DNA of 41,179 nucleotides from an uncultured bacterium (lineage in GTDB: Bacteria; Hydrogenedentota; Hydrogenedentia; Hydrogenedentales; JAEUWI01). Shown here piece by piece: positions 9,050 to 18,997 of the stretch. The notes beneath the pieces are model-generated. The model was not told the DNA's origin. It made no database searches and saw only the letters and a program-made list of their open reading frames with translations. The first letter of the stretch is position 1. Every line of letters starts with the position of its first letter. The stretch is from NCBI GenBank assembly GCA_963977445.1, contig CAXBPH010000025.1:1-41179 (forward strand). Reading direction: 5' to 3'. The translations under genes and the position numbers were made by a program.

Positions 9050-11974
9050 CTACTGCGCTTCGGCGGGTGCGGGTTCGTTTGCGATGAGATCGCGCAACGA
9101 CTGGATGCCCATGGAGAGATTCTGTTCCTTAATGTGGTAGTTGTGACAAATGAGACAACTATCGCCGGCCTTGCCCTGAACGTGGCAACGCGCGCAATCA
9201 CCCTTGGCTACCGGCTCGAAATTACTGACGAAGGCATGTCCGCTGCTGCCGTGATTGGCATTGGAGAAGTTTACACCCAACTCGAGCCCTTCCGTGCTTG
9301 CCTTGAAACTGTCCAGGTACGCCATAGCCGGGGCTGCAGCGGACACTTCGGATTCGGGTGACGCTTCTTCCACCGCCGGGCTTTCTTCGGCTTCGCGCTC
9401 TGTTTCAGGAGCGACAGCGCCGTCGCCAGCCGTCGTCACTGCCTCTTCCTCGGCAGAAGCCGCCTTGGCCACCGTCATACGGGCTTGCACTGCCGGAACC
9501 CAAGGGGCACGGTGGCACTCTGCACAGTTCATCAACTTCAAGTGGGGTGTGTGATTAAACTTGGTGAAGTCCCGAATGGGTTGTTCGCTCTTCCAGTTTA
9601 CCTTTACGACGGGGTCACCGGCGGCATTTTTCTCTGCATCGATACTGTGGCACTTCATACAGGCACCAATGGCCGAGCCGGTCGCACGACCACTGAGTTC
9701 GTCAAATACCATCGCCGCAGCCGGACTCTTGGCATACAGGGAGGCTGAAAAATCGAGCCAGGCGGTTATGAAGGGATCCGCGTGCTTAATGGGTCGATAG
9801 TACATGGAGCGAGGCTCACGGAGGGCCCAGGTCTCTCCTGAGACCGTCGCGGTGCCTTCCAGCCATTTTTTAAAGTCTCTGAAATCGCCAAACCATGCGA
9901 CGAAAGCTTCACCAACTTCGTGTATGGCCGAATCCGGGTCTACCTCAGCAGGGACGGCTTTGTCCGGTGCGGCATCTGCCGCCCCGTCGGAATTCTCTTC
10001 CGGGGTATCCTTCGCCGCGGCCTCATCATCCCCTTCTGCGGGTTCCTCTGCACTTTCTGTAGCGGATGCCGCCGAAGCGCCCACCATTCCGGTAATCAAG
10101 CCCTTCCACTCTTTATTTTTCACGCCCTTGCCGGACGATACGAGAATCCAGTCTTCTCCTTCGACCTTAAACTGCGTGTCGAACCATTCGCGGAAGGCCT
10201 CGTAATCGCTGAAGAGCGACAAAACCTTCTCGTAGGCTCCGGCACCGTCTTCCGCTGCGGCATCACGCAATGCGCGGTAGGGGGCGACAGTATCAATGGC
10301 CGACAACCAGCCCGCCGGGTCGAGTCTAAATTCACTCTCCCGCACGTGCCACCCTGACATTTCGATAATGTCTTTCCGGGAAATGTCTTCCACAACTTTC
10401 TCGACGGTGCTCCCCAATTCGGGATAGCCAAACAAGGCGTCCAGTTCGCCTGATGAGATGGGTCCACCTTTGACCCGCTCAAGCTGTTCCTGAATGACCT
10501 GGCGCAGTCCCCCCTGGTCCTCGTTCATGGCGTCACCCTGCAGAAACTTCAGGCCTTCAAAGAGACGGCCGACAATTTCCGGGTCTTCGTCATAGGCGAT
10601 TCCGGAAAGGTCACCTTCGAACTCTTGCACCATGGCAAAATCTTCGGTGAACTGGGCCTGGCTCTTCGGGTCCTGGGCATTATAGCCCGCGAGGAGCAAC
10701 ATCATGATGGGTGAAATCTTCTTACTGGCCGTCCGGGGAATGGCCGACAACTCGAGCTCGTCTTCCAGAATCTCATAGACATCGGACTCAACGGACGGAA
10801 AACCGAAAACAGGGATCCATTCATCTCGGGCGGAAACAATGCTACCGTTATGACACGCCGAGCACATCTCCTCGAAGGCTTTCAGGCGGGTCGTGAAGGT
10901 CTCCCCCGCAATCTCGTGACAGGAGGTGCAATCGGCGGGTGCATGGGCGCTGAAGCCGTCTTTTTGAAAATAGTTGGTTTCGTGACGCTCGTGATCGAAA
11001 ACGATCCGCGTCCGTCGGCGATAAGGGTAGTCATACCCCGCCTTGGAGGCGAGAGTCGCGAACTCGGGGTGCCCTTGGTTGATACTCTTGAATTGCTTCA
11101 CATGGCATACCTGACAATTCTCGTTTTCCATGCGTTTTATGTCGAAAAAGGCACCGTTGTGCTCATGGTGACAGGTCGCACAGGCGAGTTGGCTACTGTC
11201 GCCCAATTTAACACCCGGTGTAAATGACGCCAACATCAATGACAGGGGTTTCGACGCGCTGAATGGATCCGCCTGGGCCTCTGCGGTGTGGGTCGCCATT
11301 ACATCAGCACTGAGCGCGTGGGGCGAAAGACCACTGTTACCCACGTCGTCCTGGTGGCAAACCAGACACTGAGCGCTCTGTGTAACGGACGAATTGCCCT
11401 TGACCGCGGCACTCAGCAGACCTTCGAGGCCTCCTTCTACACTGGTGTGGCAAATATGACAACTTTCACCCTCAATTCCCGTACTCGCGCTGGAATCCAG
11501 CTTGCCATGGGTCATTTCTTCCAGGGACGCCATCGATGCGCCCTGGTGACTCACAGTGAGGGGGCCTGGGGACAGGAATTGGGTACGCCAGGCACCACCA
11601 AGGGCCGTCAGCGCGCCGCCAACGAGGATTAGGCAGATGACGATACTTACCCGGCCACGAAGATTGCGGAGACTGCGCTGTGGCGAACAGTGTACTTTCT
11701 TACAACATTCACCCACGCCATCGCGTACGGCCGGACCAAAAGCGGGCTCTTCCAGTGCGGGACTGTCGCAGGGGCCGCCGTACTGTTCAGGACGGGTGCA
11801 GACCCAGCGATCATTCAGTTTCGCGGGAACGCACTCATAATGGACCGCGCATTTACCCCGGCGGGAAGGCCCATGGGGGCAGGGCTTGCCTTCGGCCGAT
11901 AGACCACATACCCAGTTTTCATTGGGTCGGTTATACGGGCGCTTGTAAATTTCCTTATCGTGCGAATCAGCCAT
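9050..11974 (-). CDS. Membrane-anchored decaheme cytochrome c (cytochrome c3-like modules) with a Cys-rich N-terminus; 974 aa
   Basis: Ten CxxCH motifs (CHICH, CLVCH, CATCH, CQVCH, CTSCH, CSACH, CMKCH, CAECH, CARCH, CLICH), c3-type FDHERH/FNHTPH distal-His motifs and one TM helix. The ATG at 11974 overlaps the upstream TAA (TAATG). Confidence 0.9.
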   Translation of the reverse strand: MADSHDKEIYKRPYNRPNENWVCGLSAEGKPCPHGPSRRGKCAVHYECVPAKLNDRWVCTRPEQYGGPCDSPALEEPAFGPAVRDGVGECCKKVHCSPQRSLRNLRGRVSIVICLILVGGALTALGGAWRTQFLSPGPLTVSHQGASMASLEEMTHGKLDSSASTGIEGESCHICHTSVEGGLEGLLSAAVKGNSSVTQSAQCLVCHQDDVGNSGLSPHALSADVMATHTAEAQADPFSASKPLSLMLASFTPGVKLGDSSQLACATCHHEHNGAFFDIKRMENENCQVCHVKQFKSINQGHPEFATLASKAGYDYPYRRRTRIVFDHERHETNYFQKDGFSAHAPADCTSCHEIAGETFTTRLKAFEEMCSACHNGSIVSARDEWIPVFGFPSVESDVYEILEDELELSAIPRTASKKISPIMMLLLAGYNAQDPKSQAQFTEDFAMVQEFEGDLSGIAYDEDPEIVGRLFEGLKFLQGDAMNEDQGGLRQVIQEQLERVKGGPISSGELDALFGYPELGSTVEKVVEDISRKDIIEMSGWHVRESEFRLDPAGWLSAIDTVAPYRALRDAAAEDGAGAYEKVLSLFSDYEAFREWFDTQFKVEGEDWILVSSGKGVKNKEWKGLITGMVGASAASATESAEEPAEGDDEAAAKDTPEENSDGAADAAPDKAVPAEVDPDSAIHEVGEAFVAWFGDFRDFKKWLEGTATVSGETWALREPRSMYYRPIKHADPFITAWLDFSASLYAKSPAAAMVFDELSGRATGSAIGACMKCHSIDAEKNAAGDPVVKVNWKSEQPIRDFTKFNHTPHLKLMNCAECHRAPWVPAVQARMTVAKAASAEEEAVTTAGDGAVAPETEREAEESPAVEEASPESEVSAAAPAMAYLDSFKASTEGLELGVNFSNANHGSSGHAFVSNFEPVAKGDCARCHVQGKAGDSCLICHNYHIKEQNLSMGIQSLRDLIANEPAPAEAQ

Positions 11975-12798
11975 TAGAGCACTCTTCCGGAAAATGCATG
12001 GGTCATCCACACGTGAAAGATTATCAAGACGAACAACCCACTGGTAAGCGGAATATGAAGAAAGAGCCAGGTCTTCAGCGCGAACTGCAGGGCATATTGA
12101 TAATCCAGCCCGTTCTTTTTCCGCACATAGACTGCGATTTTCTCCAGGATCTTCTTTTCGTCATCATTGAGATAGCGATATTGGTCTTCGATCTCAACAA
12201 GTATCCGATTCAGCGGCGGTGCCACTTCGAAGATATGATGAAACATATAGCGCGGGCCGTCGAAGAAACTTCGAAGACGTTCTGTGTAAAACGTCGATAT
12301 TGTGGACGACTGGGTCTCCACTATCGATTCTTCCGCCAGGCGGTCGACCGCTTCCCTGATCATCTTACGATGCTCTGGAAGACGTTCGAAGACGACCTCT
12401 TCCCCATTGGCCGTAAGTCGTCGGGGGAACACACGGGTCATCACCAGTCCCACGACGCCGCTTATGAGAACGGCAAAGTAGAACAACGCCAGGAGCTGGT
12501 CGAAAAATCCCGTTGGTACTTTCAGCCCAACGTGAAAAAGATAGGGCACTATGGTAAAGGCACCGCCATAAATGTGCACCTGCAACCAGAGGCGAGAGGG
12601 ACCCAAGGGGGGGACGGGGAATTTCTTACGCACGTTAAAGAGCGCAAGAAAGGTCATCACGGCGAGAAAAATCCACCCCGAGAGCATATGGGGATTGCGC
12701 AGTGTAACGCGAAATCCTTCAATGAAAATGAGGAAAATTATCGTGACTGCGCCAAGTATGACCAGTGCGTTCAGTCGTCTCCGGGTATAGTATCTCAC
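11974..12798 (-). CDS. Integral membrane protein, ferric-reductase/cytochrome b-like (putative di-heme)
   Basis: About 5 TM helices. Two H-x13-H pairs sit in TM helices (WLQVH-IYGGAFTIVPYLF-H; WLFLH-IPLTSGLFVLIIF-H). GTGA overlap with the upstream gene. Confidence 0.75.
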   Translation of the reverse strand: MRYYTRRRLNALVILGAVTIIFLIFIEGFRVTLRNPHMLSGWIFLAVMTFLALFNVRKKFPVPPLGPSRLWLQVHIYGGAFTIVPYLFHVGLKVPTGFFDQLLALFYFAVLISGVVGLVMTRVFPRRLTANGEEVVFERLPEHRKMIREAVDRLAEESIVETQSSTISTFYTERLRSFFDGPRYMFHHIFEVAPPLNRILVEIEDQYRYLNDDEKKILEKIAVYVRKKNGLDYQYALQFALKTWLFLHIPLTSGLFVLIIFHVWMTHAFSGRVL

Positions 12799-14603
12799 CG
12801 TTTAATAAACCTGGCTAGTGAATCCACGTCTTGCATGTTAACGCGCTGAAGGGCATCGTGGGGACAGGCCCGCACGCAGGCAGGACCACCCGTCTGGTCA
12901 ACGCATAGATCACACTTGGTTGCTTTGTAAATGGGTGAACCAGCGGACTCTCCCGAGCTGGCTATCCGAAAGGCCCCGCGACTGTTACGGACAGTAATCA
13001 TCCGTATAGAATCGTAGGGACAATTGCTATAACAGGTTGCACACCCGATACAGGCGTCTTCATTGATAACGACCTGACCTTCAAGGCTTTCCCGTGAAAT
13101 GGCTCCGGTAGGACAGCCAATCATACAAACGGGATCGACGCAATGCATGCAGGCGTTTGCCACCATTACGTTGCCGTGGACGGGCCCGTGGCGCACAAAT
13201 CGCGGATTGCCGTCATGGGCAGACGCGCAACCACGCACGCAGTCATCACATCGCGTGCACCGGTCAAGATTGATCAGCATGGTCTTCGTGCCGTTCAAGA
13301 ATCGGTTTTCGGCGAAGAACTCAAACAGCTCGGCGCCGACATCGTCGCGAAGGGTATTGGCCGTATCGGTCTTACCCGCCTTAATATCTTTACTTCGATA
13401 TCGCGGAAAATTCGGTTGCTCTTTCAAGAGCGTGGGCAAGATATATTTTTCCACCAAGTGGGTGGGAATTGTCAGGATATGGGCATAGCCAATGGCCCGC
13501 AGGCTATGTTGAAAAGGGATAGGGCTGTTGGGGTGCTGCCAGTTATACAGGGCCTCTTTCAGCCCAAAAACCTGGCCACCGCCAAGGTAATTTAATGTCT
13601 GGTGTCCGTGACCATAGCGTTTACTCTCTCGTGCGAAACCCGCGCGAACAACGTGTATGCCATTCGGGTAATCCCCCTCCTCCGCAATCATCTCTTCCTG
13701 ATCAATTACTCGGGTCTTCTCGTCCTGGGACAAACCAATATATTCGGAGGACCATTCGTCATATTTGCCGTAGGTGCTGAATTTTACCTGCGACAACACC
13801 TCTTCCGGCAAGGACTTAAAGAGCGATATGGATTCCAGCGTTCCTTTGAGCGAACGCTTGCGATACATCTCGTCAATATGATGTTCGATACCTTCGTCGG
13901 CTTCCATAAGATCACGGAGGCCTTGCCAACGCAATTCAAGCACACGCGTCGGCTCTGCTGCGACGATAGATATTTCGCGGGGCATGCGGTAGATGGCCCC
14001 AATCTCGCCGAAGAATGATCCGGGCATCATGGGGGCTGTCTGGTACTTATTCGGGTCCAGAATATCGGCCAGTTGTTGCGGGCTAACCCCCGTACCCTTT
14101 TCCTCATCTTTTCGGGACTTGACGTTGGCCGTACGATATTCAGTGGCACGGGGCATGAGCATGTCACGCACGCGGGAAATGAGGGATCCCACAAAACCGA
14201 TGCTGCGCCGCTCACGGTGTCCGAGGAGACCCGAAGGTAATTCTGGTTGAATAACGGCGCGGAGCTCCCCTTCAAGAATAAAGAAGGCGGAGTTTCCGTA
14301 GTCATCTTTGCGAATTACAAAATCACCCGCGTCATAGGAACGAATTCGGGCGTCGTTCATCAGAATGCCGTAGATGGATACAGGCACGCCAAAGGAAACG
14401 AACTGGGGTTTCTTCGCCGCTTCAAGGGTATCGCAGATTGACCGAAAGGGATTCATCTGGAGCACGTCCAGCAGATCCATTTCCGTCATTTTCCCATAGG
14501 GCTTTGCCCAACGGGTTAACCGCTTCTCCCCTTCATCAGCGGTTGCGGATGGTGCACCCAGTGCACCATCCGCGCGCTCTATTTCTTGCTGAACAATAGC
14601 CAA
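12795..14603 (-). CDS. Cyclic-nucleotide-binding domain + 4Fe-4S ferredoxin (DmsB/NrfC-like) fusion protein
   Basis: Two cNMP domains ('GSFFGEIGAIYRMPREISIVA' canonical; second degenerate). The C-terminus carries CTRCDDCVRGC, CMHCVDPVCMIGCP, CIGCATCYSNCP and CDLC...ACVRACP. Confidence 0.9.
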   Translation of the reverse strand: MAIVQQEIERADGALGAPSATADEGEKRLTRWAKPYGKMTEMDLLDVLQMNPFRSICDTLEAAKKPQFVSFGVPVSIYGILMNDARIRSYDAGDFVIRKDDYGNSAFFILEGELRAVIQPELPSGLLGHRERRSIGFVGSLISRVRDMLMPRATEYRTANVKSRKDEEKGTGVSPQQLADILDPNKYQTAPMMPGSFFGEIGAIYRMPREISIVAAEPTRVLELRWQGLRDLMEADEGIEHHIDEMYRKRSLKGTLESISLFKSLPEEVLSQVKFSTYGKYDEWSSEYIGLSQDEKTRVIDQEEMIAEEGDYPNGIHVVRAGFARESKRYGHGHQTLNYLGGGQVFGLKEALYNWQHPNSPIPFQHSLRAIGYAHILTIPTHLVEKYILPTLLKEQPNFPRYRSKDIKAGKTDTANTLRDDVGAELFEFFAENRFLNGTKTMLINLDRCTRCDDCVRGCASAHDGNPRFVRHGPVHGNVMVANACMHCVDPVCMIGCPTGAISRESLEGQVVINEDACIGCATCYSNCPYDSIRMITVRNSRGAFRIASSGESAGSPIYKATKCDLCVDQTGGPACVRACPHDALQRVNMQDVDSLARFIKR

Positions 14604-14619
14604 CGTGATCTTTCAGGGT

Positions 14620-15657
14620 TTATTCGTAAACTTCGCCATGATAAGAAGTAGGCACTTTGGAAGCGGCTGCACTGAGTGCGGTGCCGAATTTACCCTTATC
14701 AGATTCTATGGTCTTGGCTACCTTGCGAATGCCATCGGCCGCGCCGACATATTCGGCTTTGTTACCCGTGGCCACTTTGACTTTACCGCCATCCAAGGGC
14801 ACCTGGGAAAGGACGCTGTCCATACCACCAAGGCCTTTCAGGGCGTCGTAGGCATTCTGCGCGCGTTCGCCCATGGCTGTAAGATAGGTGCCTTCTGTCG
14901 TAGCGGAAGCCAGGCCACGAAGCGCGAACTCCAGGTCCAGGGTCTTGCCGACTACGTAGAAGATTTGCTTCTCCTCTGCGGTGGAGTCGTTATTGGTGCC
15001 CTGCTCGGCGCGGGCTTTGGGATCGTCGTTCAGGAAATTATGGCGTACTTCGCCGTGGCTCCATGCTACGAGCTCAAAATCACTACCGGCGGGATGCTGG
15101 CCCTTGTTGACCAGGTCTTCCTTGGGTACTGTGTGACACTGGAAGCAATTCATGGCCAAGGTGTAGATATCGTCCGTGAGACGCATACCGAGGCTCTCGG
15201 CTTTCGCCAGGCGGGCAGCCCGGTCGGGCATCCCTTCCGTGTCCTGGTGCACGTCGAGCCAATCCACAGCACCGCCATGGCACCGTTGGCAGGAAACGCC
15301 CATAACGGTCTTGGGACGTCCACCGGCTTCTTTGGCAGTCTGGGTGTAGTGGCACTGTACGCATTCGTCGTTCCGGCGAATACTACCCGAGTCACCCAGA
15401 CGCTCAAGAATGGCCTTGGCTTCATCGCGCAGGTGCAATTCGTCGAAGGTCTTCTTGTGTGTCGACTGTTCCCAAGCGAGAACCGCGTTTTCGTGGCACT
15501 GCTCGCACTTTCCTTTTTCGTCTTCAATAATTTTGTGAGGCTCATAGGTCAGAACATCAGCGGCATAGGCCGTTGTTCCATGAAGCGCAACGCTCCCAAG
15601 GCAGACCATTGCACTACCCGTTGCAAGTTGTCGAAAATGCTTCCAATTAACTATCAT
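14620..15657 (-). CDS. Periplasmic tetraheme cytochrome c (c554-like)
   Basis: Four CxxCH motifs (CEQCH, CVQCH, CQRCH, CFQCH); signal peptide (AYA-A); GGGAG Shine-Dalgarno before the ATG at 15657. Confidence 0.88.
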   Translation of the reverse strand: MIVNWKHFRQLATGSAMVCLGSVALHGTTAYAADVLTYEPHKIIEDEKGKCEQCHENAVLAWEQSTHKKTFDELHLRDEAKAILERLGDSGSIRRNDECVQCHYTQTAKEAGGRPKTVMGVSCQRCHGGAVDWLDVHQDTEGMPDRAARLAKAESLGMRLTDDIYTLAMNCFQCHTVPKEDLVNKGQHPAGSDFELVAWSHGEVRHNFLNDDPKARAEQGTNNDSTAEEKQIFYVVGKTLDLEFALRGLASATTEGTYLTAMGERAQNAYDALKGLGGMDSVLSQVPLDGGKVKVATGNKAEYVGAADGIRKVAKTIESDKGKFGTALSAAASKVPTSYHGEVYE

Positions 15658-15703
15658 GATTTCACTCCCGTTAGAACGACACACTGTTCAAAAATACGCG
15701 ACA

Positions 15704-16999
15704 TTACGCGTCCAACTCGATCGCTGACTTTGGTGTGGCAATACAGGGTAGGCAATAGCCCTCCTGCAGGCCAGGAAACGCCGGTTGAACGTCGATGTAC
15801 GCAACCTCACCACTCTTCAGGGCCGTGTGACAACACCCACACTTTCCCTGACCACACGCATACTTAATCTTCTTTTCTTTAAATCGGCTTGTCTTGGCAG
15901 CGGCCCGTATACTTTTTTCGCCCTGCCAATTAATCGTTTTTCCTGAGGCGCCATAGGAGATGGTAAGTGCCTGACCCGTAGCAACTGCCGGTGCGGGTGC
16001 GGCACTCTCTCCGAAGGCTTCCCAGTTAATCTTATCTTTCGGTACGCCCCAAGCCTGCAGATCCCGTTCCAGATTTTTCATCATAATTTCGGGACCACAG
16101 GTGTAGTAGGCGTAATTATTCCCGGGCATAACTGATTTTAACATATCAATGTCTACCCGGCCGGATTTGTAAATAATGCCACTGTCGGCCACCGTGCCAT
16201 CTTCGATTCCCTTGGGCATTTCACCGCTGAAACAGAGGTAGACATGGGCATTCTTCAAATGACTCGCGGCATACTCGAAGTTGGGCACCATGACGAGGTC
16301 ATCTGGATTCCGCACGCCGAAAAATATCCAAACTTCCCGGCTGCTCTTCCGATCAATGAGGCTATTGCACATGGACAAAATAGGCGTTACGCCTACACCA
16401 CCGGCCATGAGTGCTACCGGGCTTTCGTGCGACGGATCGAGGAAGAAATCCCCGCTTGGCGCCTGCACATCAATCAGATCACCTTCCTGAATATGGTCGT
16501 GGAGGAAGTTCGACACAAGGCCCGGCGGCATTTCAGGGTTCTTGGGCGGCGGCGGAACTTTCCGCACGCTGATCCGGTAGTAACGCTGATTGGGGCTGTC
16601 CGATAAAGAATAGCACCGGGTCTCTTCAAGGGTCTCCCCCGGATTTTCTGGATCGGGAAGATCCAAGCGAAACATGAGAAATTGCCCGGGGCTGAAGGAG
16701 GGCAGTTTGCGACGATCATGGGGATAGAAGTAAAAGGAACAAATGTCGCCCGCTTTATTTTCTACAATTTTCTTGCGGACTTCAAACTTACGCCATCCAG
16801 ACCAGGAAAGTTTATTGGAGACGGTTCGCTCCAACTGCGCCTCGGCCGTCTGAATACGGATTTGCCACTCTTTGTAATCCTGTCGACGTTTGAGTTGCTG
16901 CGCCCGTGAACGCTGAAGCGTACCATAGACCAAAACCGGCACCTGAAGCACAAGCGTAGCTACAACGATAAGGCCTAGAGCCAGTGCGACGAGTTCCAC
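15704..16999 (-). CDS. N-terminally membrane-anchored FAD/NAD(P)H-binding oxidoreductase with a C-terminal [2Fe-2S] ferredoxin (FNR family, PaaE/Hcr-like)
   Basis: 'RCYSLS', 'GLVSNFLH', 'AGGVGVTPILSM', 'YTCGPEIMM', 'WEAFG' and 'CGQGKCGCC...CLPC'; AGGAGG Shine-Dalgarno with GTG start. Confidence 0.9.
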   Translation of the reverse strand: MELVALALGLIVVATLVLQVPVLVYGTLQRSRAQQLKRRQDYKEWQIRIQTAEAQLERTVSNKLSWSGWRKFEVRKKIVENKAGDICSFYFYPHDRRKLPSFSPGQFLMFRLDLPDPENPGETLEETRCYSLSDSPNQRYYRISVRKVPPPPKNPEMPPGLVSNFLHDHIQEGDLIDVQAPSGDFFLDPSHESPVALMAGGVGVTPILSMCNSLIDRKSSREVWIFFGVRNPDDLVMVPNFEYAASHLKNAHVYLCFSGEMPKGIEDGTVADSGIIYKSGRVDIDMLKSVMPGNNYAYYTCGPEIMMKNLERDLQAWGVPKDKINWEAFGESAAPAPAVATGQALTISYGASGKTINWQGEKSIRAAAKTSRFKEKKIKYACGQGKCGCCHTALKSGEVAYIDVQPAFPGLQEGYCLPCIATPKSAIELDA

Positions 17000-17044
17000 G
17001 CCAAACCTCCTACATTCCTGGTTTTCCGCTGCGCATCAGCGAGA

Positions 17045-18910
17045 CTAGAATTGGACAACAAACTCGGTGCGAATACCTTTTTTCTCGTCCAGCGCTTCTC
17101 GCTGCACGTAGTAGGCATCAACACTCCAGACGTAGCGGGTCTTAAAAGCCTGCTGATAGCGGGCCATTATACCGAGACGTCCGCGATCGGAACCGTCAAA
17201 GTCGGTACGACCGCCCAATTCGAGAATGACTTGCTTACGCTGCTCATCAAAGAATTTCTGATAGCCAATCGCACCACCGGCACTGTCGTGATCCGTCGTG
17301 TTCTCGATAGGCGAACCAACAAAACCAATTCCCGGTGACGCGAAAAGAATACCAACCCGGCCCAATGGACCGCCAGTGGAAGGATCACGGGCTACCGATT
17401 GATAATGGTCATTGGCAACGAACAAGGTCGAGTAGACCAGATCGTAGCCATAGGGAGGTGTCCAGGATGCTTCCGCAAGGAACACCTGGCCAGAATCGGA
17501 GTGGATGGTATCGGCGCTGCTCGTGCGCTCGGAAATGTTGAAACGAAACGCCGTGTTGATGTGGCCAATTCTCTGAACGAAACTCAAGCCAACGTTGACC
17601 TGGTCACCACCTTCTCTCAGGATGGCGCCGTTGTTCAGATAGCGGGTGGTTACGTCGTCGTTGATGTACGCGAGATCAAGGTCTACCGTGGTCTTCGGAA
17701 AGTCGATGCTGTTGAACAGGGCAAAGAGGTGGGCACTATCACGCTTACGATTGTTCACACCCACACCGCGATGCAATTCGTCCCAACCCCAGACAAAGGT
17801 ACTCCGGATATTGGCAGCTGCACCGATAAGTAGATTGTTGCGCGTGATACCCAAGGCATCCACGTTATCGCTGATCATAATTCCTTCTTGGAAGAAGAAC
17901 GGCTGGCGCCCTACTGAGAAACCGAAATCGACGACGCCCGTGTCATTTTTATCCAATCCTGGAAATAATTCGCCAAAGTCACCTTCAAAGAAAAGCTGAT
18001 CAACGTCTGCATCTCCACGGAGATACCAGTCTTCTTTGTTGACGATATTGGGTGTTTGCCAACGGTAGCCGTTGAAGTTACCGTTGTGGTCGAAGGGACG
18101 GAGACCAAGCACAAGACGCTCGGTTGGCGTCAACGCCAGATTGAAAAAGAGATCCAGTCGGGTGACCAGCTCTTCAACCTTTGCTTCACCACGTTGGATA
18201 GGCGGACCAGCAACATCGGTAATCGGAGGCAAGCGGTTGCCGGTCGCTTCATACTGCCATGCCGTGCGCAAGGTACCAAAGACGAAGAGAGATGGCTGCC
18301 AAACGGCACCGGTGGGGATCTTAAACCCCTCCTGCAAGTTGCCATGATTCAAAAAGTCATCACCAAAAATCCGAAGGGTCCGAGGACGCTTCGGAAAGGG
18401 ACGCACCTGGCTCTCGAGTATTTCATCGGGAAAAGATAGGCGCAGCAGCTCACGATTCCGAGCGGTTGCGTCCACCGGGCCAAGTCCTTCGAGGCCCGAT
18501 TCCAACTCCGCTTTGAGCTCTTCGGGAAGCTCAACGCTGGAAAAGGATGCACTATCGTAGAAGGTGGGGTAGCGAAGTACGGCGTTGAGGCCATTGATCA
18601 TGCGGTATTTGACCACACGCTCAAGCTCGCCACCACCCTCGATGGAAAGAAACTCTTCACGCAAATCCGGACTGAGAAACTGCCAGACGCGCCCGGCCGG
18701 CGACTCGGCATTTTCCGCGCCCGCCTTGAGCTTCATCAACAGGGCTTCGTAGTCCTGGATATCCTCGACGGCGAACAGCGCATAGGCTTCTGTCTGCAAC
18801 GGAATTGGCTTTTGTGAAAGCTTGCTCTCCGATGCCGCGTGGCTGTAAGGGCAAAAGGCTATTGCCGCGCCCATCGCAAGCATAAGTATCTGTATACGAC
18901 ACATGGTCAT
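17045..18910 (-). CDS. Putative outer-membrane beta-barrel protein with an N-terminal helical domain
   Basis: Signal peptide (SHA-A), alternating amphipathic beta-strands in the C-terminal two thirds, and a terminal 'GIRTEFVVQF' BAM-type signature; GAGGGAG Shine-Dalgarno. Confidence 0.75.
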   Translation of the reverse strand: MTMCRIQILMLAMGAAIAFCPYSHAASESKLSQKPIPLQTEAYALFAVEDIQDYEALLMKLKAGAENAESPAGRVWQFLSPDLREEFLSIEGGGELERVVKYRMINGLNAVLRYPTFYDSASFSSVELPEELKAELESGLEGLGPVDATARNRELLRLSFPDEILESQVRPFPKRPRTLRIFGDDFLNHGNLQEGFKIPTGAVWQPSLFVFGTLRTAWQYEATGNRLPPITDVAGPPIQRGEAKVEELVTRLDLFFNLALTPTERLVLGLRPFDHNGNFNGYRWQTPNIVNKEDWYLRGDADVDQLFFEGDFGELFPGLDKNDTGVVDFGFSVGRQPFFFQEGIMISDNVDALGITRNNLLIGAAANIRSTFVWGWDELHRGVGVNNRKRDSAHLFALFNSIDFPKTTVDLDLAYINDDVTTRYLNNGAILREGGDQVNVGLSFVQRIGHINTAFRFNISERTSSADTIHSDSGQVFLAEASWTPPYGYDLVYSTLFVANDHYQSVARDPSTGGPLGRVGILFASPGIGFVGSPIENTTDHDSAGGAIGYQKFFDEQRKQVILELGGRTDFDGSDRGRLGIMARYQQAFKTRYVWSVDAYYVQREALDEKKGIRTEFVVQF

Positions 18911-18997
18911 TGACTCCCTCCGCTGCATTCTGCTGCCACGCGACACCGTTTCCTGGGTTGGGAATAGTTCGCGACCAACAACACAACAGGCTTGGTG

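Noticed and set aside
11680..15867. Long plus-strand ORFs (11680-12849, 14605-15867)
   Set aside because: They are antisense to motif-rich redox genes and have no recognisable domains.
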